A DNA stretch of 49,150 nucleotides from an uncultured Clostridia bacterium (GTDB lineage Bacteria; Bacillota; Clostridia; TANB77; CAG-508), in NCBI GenBank assembly GCA_944386775.1, contig CALXCJ010000005.1, positions 1 through 49,150 on the forward strand, in the 5' to 3' direction. The translations under genes were made by a program, and so were the position numbers. A model generated the notes under the pieces. It worked only from the letters and a program-made list of their open reading frames with translations, searched no databases and was not told where the DNA came from. This document shows positions 41,597 through 49,150 of this stretch, piece by piece; position 1 is the stretch's first letter; each line of letters begins with the position of its first letter.

Positions 41597-44500
41597 TTAT
41601 ATAATTTTTCTTTTTAAGATTTTTCTTGCTATTATAACAGCTACTATTGCAAGTACTGCTACTATTGCGATTACAATTAATATTGTTCCTACAACTTGTC
41701 CAGTTTTAATTGATATTAATACATCTGCTGATCCTAAGTCGTCTTCTGATAGGTTATTTCCTGGTATTGAGTCTACATCTTGTAATCCTAGTTCATTATA
41801 GCTTTCTGCTATTTCTGCTTTGTTGTTTATTAGTCCTGTATTATTTACTGTCATTTGTTTTGTTACTGTTAGTTTTATGTCTCTTGATTCTCCTGGTTGT
41901 ATTAGTTCATCTGATAGACTTGTGTTATATAGTCTTTGTCCTGATTGATACCAGTCACTGTTAAGTTCAGAGCTAAATCTGTATTCTGATGATAGGTAGT
42001 CTACTATGCTTCTTGCAAAGCCTGCAACTTCACCTTCGTTTGTTACTCTTATTGTATATTCTACTATAACTGTTGAACTGTTTAATAGTTTTGAGTCTAT
42101 TTCTGTTTTTACTAATGTTTCGTCTGTGTATTCTTGTGTTTGTGTTCCACTATTGTTTTGTACTATTATTTTGCTTACATATTTGTCAAGTTTTAGGTCA
42201 AATATTTTTGCTTCTTTTAGACCTATGTTTATATTTGCAATATTTTCTTCTGATATTGTTATTATGTCTGTTGCTGCTACTTGCCTTGTTTCTTCGTTTA
42301 TTGTTATTGTTTTGTTTATTACTTTTGATGTTAAAGTTTGGTCTACTCCTTCTTTGTTGTAGTCTGTTAAGATGTATTTTGTTGTATCATATTCAAATAT
42401 TACAATATATTCACCTTTTGGTACTCTGTTTAAGCTATAGAATCCGTTTGAGTTTGTTACTCCTGTTATTTCGTTTCCTTCACTGTCTACTGCAAATGTA
42501 TTTGTTTCTGTGTTTAATAGTCTTACTGTTATTCCATCTAGTAGTGTTTCTCCTTGGTCTAGGCTTCCATCTGAGTCTGTATCAAGCCATGCTCTACCAC
42601 TGATTATTTTTGTTTCTTGTTCAGATGGTGTATTTGGATCATCTGGGTTTTCTGGATCTTGTGGGTTTTCTGGGTTTTCTGGATTTTCAGGGTCTTGTGG
42701 AACTTGTGGATCGTCTGGATTTTCTGGATCTTCTGGAGTTACTGGCTCTTCTGGATCACCTATATCTATTTGTTCATCGTTTTCTGGTTCTAATATGTGC
42801 ATTACTTCTTGATTATCTATTTCTATAATTCCTGCCATTAGTGTTGCAGTGTTTGTTATTTCTTTTGCATCTTCATTTTTTAGAATATAGTCTACTACTA
42901 CATCTATTGAGTATTCGATTTTTTGCCCTGGTTCTAAGGTGTCTGTAATTTCTATGTATTTGTCATAAATTACAGTGTATTGATCTTGTGTTAGTTCTTC
43001 TCCATTTCTTCTTATTGCTTGTAAGGTAACTAGGTCTGAAATTTCATCTTTTAGTTTTATAGCATTTTGGTATGTTTGCCCGTCATTTTGGATTGTTATA
43101 TTATATGTTATTATATCTCCGGCTTGTACGTAACTGTTTTGATTTTCAGAGGTAGATACCATTGATAGGTCTACTCCATTTAGTACTACTGTTCTTTCAT
43201 TAAATCTATATGTTTGGTTATTATATGTACAATTTGCACTTACTGTTACAGTAGAGTTTTCTTTGACTGTTGGAACTAGTATTTTTATTAATACTTCCAT
43301 AGTTTCTCCTGCATTTATTTTGTCTATTACTACTTCCTCAGCTTCTGTGTATATTTCTTTTTCTTCTACTACACTAAAGTAGTCTATTTCTAATACTTCT
43401 GCTCCTTTTACTATGCTTGAGAATTGAACATTAGATATATCTTCACTTGATGTATTTTTTATGCTTGCTAAGAATTGGTATGAGTAACCTGCTTCTACTG
43501 AACCTGTGTCTCCTCCTGATACTATAGATACTTCTAGTATACCGTCATTTACTGTTAGTTGTGATTTTTGTGATTCTTTTGTTACTTCTCCATATGTTAT
43601 ATTAGATGTATTTTCTATAGTTCCTACTGCTTCTTTTACTCTTACATAGTATGTTTTTACTACTTCTTCTCCTACAGCTATGTTATCAATTGAGAAATCT
43701 ACTTGTTTTTTATTTTCATCTTCTATAAAGTTTCCTCTATTTTTGTCTGTTTCTTCTGATGGAAGAATTTCTTCTGCATATACTGTTCCTTCTGGAACTT
43801 GTCCTTGCATATGGACATTTGCTACATCTTCTGAACCTGTATTTTTAACTTTTAGTTCATATTTTACAAGTTCTCCTTTATTTACAGTTTGTACTTCTTC
43901 TGATCCGACATATGCTTTTATGCTTGTTTCTAGAATTGGTCCTACTCCTGTTTCAAGTTTAATAGTGTCTAAGGTAATGTTTTTGTTTATTCCTGTTGCT
44001 TCTGTGTAGTTTATTCCATATCCTAGGTTTGCTACTTGGTTATATTCAAGGTTTGCAGGTATTGTTATATTATATGAAAATTTTACTTCTTCACTTACTG
44101 CTAGTTCATCTATTATTATTAAATATTTTTGAACTTTTGTCGTGTCTGTAATTGTTTCTGTCCAGTTGTTTTGAGCGTTTTCTATATCATCTGTTGCATT
44201 TTCGTTTTCTGTGTAATAGATTTTTGCTCTAGTTTGTTCTATTCCTTGTAAGTTTATTTGGCTTACATTTGCATTTATATTATTTGATGTGTTTTTATTA
44301 GGATATGTTCCTAATATTTTTACGTTTGATACTTGGTCTCCACTGTTGTTTATTATTTCACTTTCAAATGTTATATTTTTTGCATCTGCACTTAGTTCTA
44401 GTTTTGAAGTTTTTTCTCCTTCATTGTTTATGATTTGCATTCCATATTCTGGTATGGTTGTGTTTGTTACCATTCCTGTGTATGCTATTATGTTTATTGG

Positions 44501-46516
44501 TAATAGTTCTTCTCCTTGTGATGCTCCTTCTTTATAGTTTACGGCATTTTCGTTTGTGTAGATTAATCTTATGTTTTGGGTGCTACTTGGCACTTTTTTG
44601 TCTACTGTTAAGTTTGCTTTTATTATAAATGTTGGTCCTTCTATTGCTTCATTTGAGTATTCTTGTTGCTTTCCTTGTAGTTCTATTACTATATCATTTC
44701 CTTCTCTATATGTTCTTTCTATTTCAAATTCGTCTGCATATAGTGGTGAGATTGATATTACATCTATTGTTTGTATTTGCTCTGGGAATTGTATTCTTAT
44801 TGTTGGGTTTTGGTACAGTTCATCTTTTTCTGAGTTAGAGTTTAATACTACTCTTATTTCTACATCTTCATTTACTGTCATTGTTGATAGTTCAGTTCTG
44901 TCTATTGTTATTTGTGCTGATGTTTGTGTTTCTTGAAGTTGTACTACTGCTGTTTTTGCTTCTAGGCTTGTTACCATATCACTTGATGTGTATGTTCCTT
45001 CTATTGTAAAGTTAATTGTATTTGTTTCGTTTACTAGTTGTCTTGTATTTTCTTTTATTAGTTTTGTTATTTTTAAGTCTATTGTTCCTACATTTGCTGG
45101 TGCTGATGCTAATATTTTTATTTGTCTTACATTTTCTTTTAATGTTATTGTTATATTTCCATCTTCATCTGCTATAGTGTCTTTGTTTATTTCTGCTAGA
45201 TTTTCGCTTGTTTCGTTATTTTGTATTAGAAGTGTAAAATCTTCTCCTAGTATTTCTTGAAGGTTTTGTTTTGAAAGTGTTACTTTGCTTGTATATACAT
45301 TTTGAAGTCCTATGTTTTCTATATTTTCTACTAATGATATTTCGCTTGCAACATCTGCCATATTTACATTTAGGCTTACATTTTGGGTTATTTCTCTGTC
45401 TATTCCTGCATATAGTTTTCCTTTATATATGCTTGTTTCTTCTGATGATGTATCTATTGTTACTGTTGAGTCTTTTTCGCTTGGGTTTACTGTCATTTCA
45501 TATTTTGCGGTTATTACTGTGTTGTTTTTGTCGTATAGATTTATTCTTGTGCTTCCTTCTATTGTTTGTTCTTCACTTTCTTCTGTGCTGTCATATATGT
45601 ATGTAACTATTAGTGTGTCTTGACCTGTTTTTTTCCAAGTTACTTTTCCGTCTTCTGCTGGGTTTTCTATTGTTACTTCTATTTTTCCAGTTTCTTTATC
45701 ATATTCCCAGTTTTCTTGTGCTAGCTTTTTGCCATTTGTTGTTAGGTCTCCTATTGAGTTTATTTGCACTTCTTCTGGTAATTTATTTTCTACTTTAGGA
45801 GATGGTATTTCTAGTGTTTGGTCTTTAATAGGATATAAGTTGTTTTCTACTCCTGATACTACTTTTAGTTGAATTATTCTTTTTGGCTCTCCTTTATAGT
45901 CTAGTACTTTATTTGTTATTAGTTCATAGTTTAATACAGAGCCTACATAATCGTTATCATATGGGCTTGCTAGTATTAGTTTTACTGTTTTTGCTGCTGT
46001 TATTGTTATGTCTTTTTCTGAGCTGTCTTTATATATTCCGTTTAGTGTGATGTTACTTTCCATATCTATAGAGTTTATATCAAAGATATCACTTTTTATT
46101 ATTTCTATTCCTACTTCTAGCTCTTTTGTCTCTCCTGCGTTTACTTGGTTTAGTGTTATTGTGTTTCCTTCTATTTTTGATATTCCTTCACTTAAGATGT
46201 CTTGTTTTAGTACAAAATTACTAGAACCTAAATTTACTATTCCATTAAAGTATCCATCTTTTTTTACTGAGATACTTAATTTAAGTTTTAGGTTTTCAGA
46301 ATTCATTTTTGCTTGCAATGTGTTTGCTTTATTTCCTTCTGAATCTACTAGTTCTACTCCAAATTCTACGTTTTGGTTGTTTGTAGATACGTCTCCTTGA
46401 GCAAGTGCATCTGCTGCATATGATACAACACTTACTCCTAGAAGAAGAAAGTTTGCCATTGTCATTGTGATTATTATTGCAATGATTAGTAGTGTTTTTC
46501 CTATTTTTTCTTTCAT
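41597..46516 (-). CDS. Surface protein A1 (1639 aa), paralog of A2
   Basis: Signal peptide; GELVKYELKVKNTG, GDIITYNITIQNDG (DUF11-like); PEDPENP repeats; ISGRAWLDTDSDG; ISIKTG-TM-RKILKRK. Confidence 0.85.
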   Translation of the reverse strand: MKEKIGKTLLIIAIIITMTMANFLLLGVSVVSYAADALAQGDVSTNNQNVEFGVELVDSEGNKANTLQAKMNSENLKLKLSISVKKDGYFNGIVNLGSSNFVLKQDILSEGISKIEGNTITLNQVNAGETKELEVGIEIIKSDIFDINSIDMESNITLNGIYKDSSEKDITITAAKTVKLILASPYDNDYVGSVLNYELITNKVLDYKGEPKRIIQLKVVSGVENNLYPIKDQTLEIPSPKVENKLPEEVQINSIGDLTTNGKKLAQENWEYDKETGKIEVTIENPAEDGKVTWKKTGQDTLIVTYIYDSTEESEEQTIEGSTRINLYDKNNTVITAKYEMTVNPSEKDSTVTIDTSSEETSIYKGKLYAGIDREITQNVSLNVNMADVASEISLVENIENIGLQNVYTSKVTLSKQNLQEILGEDFTLLIQNNETSENLAEINKDTIADEDGNITITLKENVRQIKILASAPANVGTIDLKITKLIKENTRQLVNETNTINFTIEGTYTSSDMVTSLEAKTAVVQLQETQTSAQITIDRTELSTMTVNEDVEIRVVLNSNSEKDELYQNPTIRIQFPEQIQTIDVISISPLYADEFEIERTYREGNDIVIELQGKQQEYSNEAIEGPTFIIKANLTVDKKVPSSTQNIRLIYTNENAVNYKEGASQGEELLPINIIAYTGMVTNTTIPEYGMQIINNEGEKTSKLELSADAKNITFESEIINNSGDQVSNVKILGTYPNKNTSNNINANVSQINLQGIEQTRAKIYYTENENATDDIENAQNNWTETITDTTKVQKYLIIIDELAVSEEVKFSYNITIPANLEYNQVANLGYGINYTEATGINKNITLDTIKLETGVGPILETSIKAYVGSEEVQTVNKGELVKYELKVKNTGSEDVANVHMQGQVPEGTVYAEEILPSEETDKNRGNFIEDENKKQVDFSIDNIAVGEEVVKTYYVRVKEAVGTIENTSNITYGEVTKESQKSQLTVNDGILEVSIVSGGDTGSVEAGYSYQFLASIKNTSSEDISNVQFSSIVKGAEVLEIDYFSVVEEKEIYTEAEEVVIDKINAGETMEVLIKILVPTVKENSTVTVSANCTYNNQTYRFNERTVVLNGVDLSMVSTSENQNSYVQAGDIITYNITIQNDGQTYQNAIKLKDEISDLVTLQAIRRNGEELTQDQYTVIYDKYIEITDTLEPGQKIEYSIDVVVDYILKNEDAKEITNTATLMAGIIEIDNQEVMHILEPENDEQIDIGDPEEPVTPEDPENPDDPQVPQDPENPENPENPQDPENPDDPNTPSEQETKIISGRAWLDTDSDGSLDQGETLLDGITVRLLNTETNTFAVDSEGNEITGVTNSNGFYSLNRVPKGEYIVIFEYDTTKYILTDYNKEGVDQTLTSKVINKTITINEETRQVAATDIITISEENIANINIGLKEAKIFDLKLDKYVSKIIVQNNSGTQTQEYTDETLVKTEIDSKLLNSSTVIVEYTIRVTNEGEVAGFARSIVDYLSSEYRFSSELNSDWYQSGQRLYNTSLSDELIQPGESRDIKLTVTKQMTVNNTGLINNKAEIAESYNELGLQDVDSIPGNNLSEDDLGSADVLISIKTGQVVGTILIVIAIVAVLAIVAVIIARKILKRKII

Positions 46517-46562
46517 TTTAACCCCTCCTAAACTTGGTTTCGTTTATAATTTTACTTATTAT

Positions 46563-46591
46563 ATAATAAATGCTACAAACTGTGGTGTCAA
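46563..46591 (-). promoter_or_regulatory. Sigma-A promoter for the A1-B1 operon
   Basis: TTGACA (46591-46586), N17, TATTAT (46568-46563). Confidence 0.7.
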
Positions 46592-46621
46592 GAGCATTTT
46601 TTATTTTATGTTTTTTCCTTG

Positions 46622-46685
46622 TTACGGAAATTCTATTTTCATTTGTGTTTCATTTTTATTATTTTTTTGTTACATTTGTGTTACT
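46622..46685 (-). promoter_or_regulatory. WalR/OmpR-type box plus TTTCCGTAA upstream of A1
   Basis: AGTAAC-ACAAA-TGTAAC (46685-46669), 38 bp, TTTCCGTAA (46630-46622). Confidence 0.6.
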
Positions 46686-46855
46686 TGGGTTAATTTTACA
46701 TTACATAAATACCCTATAATATATTATACATTGATTTAGGGTTTTTTTCAAGCTTTTTTTCTAAGAATTTGTATATTTCTATTGGTATTTATTACTTTTT
46801 TAAGTTCGCTTGTTTATGAAGCTTATATATTTATATATTGTTATAATTTTAGTCA

Positions 46856-46881
46856 ACTTATTTGCTTTTTTTTCATATAAT
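46856..46881 (+). promoter_or_regulatory. Possible mother-cell (sigma-K/sigma-E type) promoter
   Basis: AC (46856-46857), N16, CATATAAT (46874-46881), ~30 bp upstream of the start at 46912; short motif in AT-rich DNA. Confidence 0.3.
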
Positions 46882-46911
46882 AATATTGTACATATAAAGG
46901 AGTTGGTATTG

Positions 46912-47439
46912 GTGGATAATAATATAAATTTTAATGAAGATACTATTAAAAATATACAAAATATGATGAAAAATGGTGATATGCAATCATTGATGTCTCA
47001 AATTCCTCCTGATGTGATGCAGAATTTTCAGGGTATGTTTTCTAATTCAAATAGTCAAAGTGGGAGTTCTAAGGGTTCTGATTCTGATTTGGTAAATAAT
47101 AATTCTTCGAATTCTTTTGGTGGTGAACATGGAAATTCTTCATCTTTTGGAAAAAATAATAATTCTTCTTTCCATACGGAAAATAGTAATTCCGCTCCTA
47201 ATTTGAATAATATTGATATGAATACTATTATGAAAATGTCTTCTATTATAAGTAAAATGAATAATTCTAATGATCCGAATAAAAATCTTTTGAATTCTTT
47301 GCGTCCTTATTTAAGGGATAGCAAGAAGGATAAACTTGATAATTATATTAATTTGCTAAATATGGGAAAGATTGCGGAGTTACTACAAAATAGTAATTTT
47401 AATAATAGTAATAATAAGGAGAATAAAAATAATGAGTAG
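46912..47439 (+). CDS. Asn/Ser-rich hypothetical protein, probably sporulation/coat associated
   Basis: GTG after AAGGAG (track start 46810); C-terminal DPNKNLLNSLRPYLRDSKKDKLDNYINLLNM resembles small clostridial conserved proteins. Confidence 0.65.
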   Translation: MDNNINFNEDTIKNIQNMMKNGDMQSLMSQIPPDVMQNFQGMFSNSNSQSGSSKGSDSDLVNNNSSNSFGGEHGNSSSFGKNNNSSFHTENSNSAPNLNNIDMNTIMKMSSIISKMNNSNDPNKNLLNSLRPYLRDSKKDKLDNYINLLNMGKIAELLQNSNFNNSNNKENKNNE

Positions 47440-47911
47440 TTTTCTTCCTCCTCCTTTTTTTATGCGATATCCTAATTATAATTTGCGTAGAAATAGTTTT
47501 TATAATAGTGGCCGTAATTTGAATAATAATTGTGGTAAAGTGGGGGCTGGTAATGATTGTTCTGGGGTGAATAAAAATAATGTGGATAGTTGTAAGAATA
47601 GTTGTGATGTAAGTCATTTGGATAATGGGTGTAAAAAGGAACATTCTGGTGGGAATTGTAAAGATGGTTTTAGTGCAGAACATAAAAATGGTAATAATTT
47701 TGATTTTTTGAATTTTTTGCCTAGATCAATAGGTCCTTTGTCTTTTAATCCGAATGGTATTATGGATAATAAAGAACCTATTTTTGAATTGCTTGGTATT
47801 GATATTTATATTGATGATATTATTATTATTGGGATTCTTATTTTTTTGTATAAACAGGAGGTTAAGGATGAGGGGCTTTATTTAGTGCTTATAATGTTGC
47901 TGTTTTCGTGA
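47432..47911 (+). CDS. Hypothetical Asn/Cys-rich protein with a C-terminal hydrophobic DDIII motif, possibly spore associated
   Basis: ATG at 47432 after AAGGAG, overlapping the upstream stop; C-terminus IDDIIIIGILIFLYKQEVKDEGLYLVLIMLLFS. Confidence 0.65.
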   Translation: MSSFLPPPFFMRYPNYNLRRNSFYNSGRNLNNNCGKVGAGNDCSGVNKNNVDSCKNSCDVSHLDNGCKKEHSGGNCKDGFSAEHKNGNNFDFLNFLPRSIGPLSFNPNGIMDNKEPIFELLGIDIYIDDIIIIGILIFLYKQEVKDEGLYLVLIMLLFS

Positions 47912-48001
47912 AAATGGTAACTCAGGACCTGGTCACAGTTGACCATTTGGTCATCTTGGGACAGGTCCTGAGTTACCATTTTTGGTTAATTTGGGACAGG
48001 T
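47911..48001. repeat. REP-like cluster between convergent genes
   Basis: Perfect 21-bp IR AAAATGGTAACTCAGGACCTG (47911-47931)/CAGGTCCTGAGTTACCATTTT (47962-47982); GGGACAGGT units at 47948 and 47983 (35-bp period). Confidence 0.8.
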
Positions 48002-48061
48002 CTTCTAAGTTATTATTTTTTGATTTATATTTTTTACTGGGGTTTACCTTTTATTTACCAT

Positions 48062-49150
48062 TTACTTTTTGATTATTAGATTATTATTTTCACAGTCTAC
48101 TAAAACTTTGCTTGATGGTGAGATTGTTTGTTTTAGGATATTTTCTGCAATTAGTGTTTCTAGTTTTTTTGTTACAAATCTTTTTAGTGGTCTTGCTCCA
48201 TAGATTTGGTCATATCCATTTTCTATTAAATAGTTTTTGGCGTTTTGGGTTAATTCTAGTGTTATGTGTTTGTCTTCTAGTCTTTTTTCTAGGTCTTTTA
48301 TTAATAGGTCTAGTATTTTTGATACTTGCTCTTTTTGTAGTGGTTTGTAAAATACTATTTCGTCTAGACGGTTTAAAAATTCTGGTCTGAAGCTTTTCTT
48401 TAATAGTTCGTTTACTTTTTCTTTTGCTTCTTCTGAGATTTCGCCTTTTTCGTTTATGCCTTCCAGAATATATTCTGAGCCTAGGTTAGATGTTAAGATT
48501 ATTATTGTGTTTTTGAAGTCTACGGTTCTTCCTTGTGAGTCTGTTATACGACCATCGTCTAGTACTTGAAGTAATATGTTAAATACGTCCGGGTGTGCTT
48601 TTTCTATTTCGTCAAATAGTATTACTGAATATGGTTTTCTTCTTACGGCTTCTGTAAGCTGACCTCCTTCTTCATATCCTACATATCCTGGAGGTGCTCC
48701 TATTAACCTTGATACTGAGTATTTTTCCATGTATTCTGACATATCTATTCTTATCATATTATGTTCGTCATCAAATAGGCTTTCTGCTAAGCTTTTTGCA
48801 AGTTCTGTTTTTCCAACTCCTGTTGGTCCTAAAAATAGGAATGAGCCTATTGGTTTTTTTGGGTCACTTATTCCTGCTCTTGACCTCATTATTGCTTCTG
48901 CTACATCTTCTACTGCTTCGTCTTGACCTATTACTCTTTTGTGTAAGATGTCTTTTAGATGCAATATTTTTTCTCTTTCGCCTTCCATAAGTTTTGTTAC
49001 TGGTATTTTGGTCCATTTTGATACGATTTTTGCTATTTCTTCTTCTGTTACTTTGTTTCTTAATAAGACATTTTCTTTTTTGTTTTCTTCTGCTTCTTCT
49101 TTTTCTAGTTCTTTTTGGAGTTCTGGTAGTTTTCCATATCTTAGTTCTGC
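48062..49150 (-). CDS. clpB: ATP-dependent chaperone ClpB (3' part; 5' end outside the window)
   Basis: Frame open to the window edge: [16 protein letters not shown] (M-domain end), [47 protein letters not shown]. Confidence 0.93.
   Translation of the reverse strand, partial: AELRYGKLPELQKELEKEEAEENKKENVLLRNKVTEEEIAKIVSKWTKIPVTKLMEGEREKILHLKDILHKRVIGQDEAVEDVAEAIMRSRAGISDPKKPIGSFLFLGPTGVGKTELAKSLAESLFDDEHNMIRIDMSEYMEKYSVSRLIGAPPGYVGYEEGGQLTEAVRRKPYSVILFDEIEKAHPDVFNILLQVLDDGRITDSQGRTVDFKNTIIILTSNLGSEYILEGINEKGEISEEAKEKVNELLKKSFRPEFLNRLDEIVFYKPLQKEQVSKILDLLIKDLEKRLEDKHITLELTQNAKNYLIENGYDQIYGARPLKRFVTKKLETLIAENILKQTISPSSKVLVDCENNNLIIKK

Noticed and set aside
13785..48001. 35-bp-period repeats and the 30-bp array at 24859 as CRISPR arrays
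   Set aside because: Only 2-4 units per locus, no unique spacers of CRISPR length, and no cas genes.
163..48990. Numerous + strand ORFs rich in Leu/Phe/Val/Ser in the ORF track
   Set aside because: They are antisense shadows of A-rich minus-strand genes, with no RBS or recognisable motifs.

Overview
Low-GC chromosome segment from a spore-forming Clostridia-like Firmicute, with almost all genes on the minus strand. About two-thirds of the window encodes giant cell-surface proteins. One is a >3,440-aa adhesin ORF (10328 to the left edge, absent from the ORF track because it has no stop in the window). The others are two tandem paralogous two-gene operons (46516-36113 and 35710-24958), each a DUF11/SdrD-B 'A' protein plus a putative thioester/SpaA/DUF4214 'B' protein. 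Between and around them are a 3D/G5 cell-wall protein, lemA-htpX, an AAA/PD-(D/E)XK gene, tatD, acpS, a WG-repeat protein, spoIIE, two likely sporulation genes and the 3' part of clpB. Main observations: (1) all three reading-frame breaks in the window (two in spoIIE, one in the AAA-nuclease gene) are the same event, an in-frame CGG followed by A (NNC-CGG-A), where skipping one base restores GGA (Gly) and the full-length protein. A by-eye scan found no other in-frame CGG in roughly 15,000 codons, which suggests CGG-triggered +1 recoding or, alternatively, a systematic sequencing error. (2) The three surface-protein loci share an upstream architecture: a WalR-like TGTAAH-N5-TGTAAH box exactly 38 bp upstream of TTTCCGTAA. 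(3) A family of REP-like palindromes (GGGACAGGT units at 35-bp period and a 24-bp perfect palindrome) brackets the AAA-nuclease gene as direct repeats and supplies the stop codons of tatD and spoIIE. (4) A ~260-bp long hairpin element lies upstream of spoIIE. All calls were made by eye; no searches were run.
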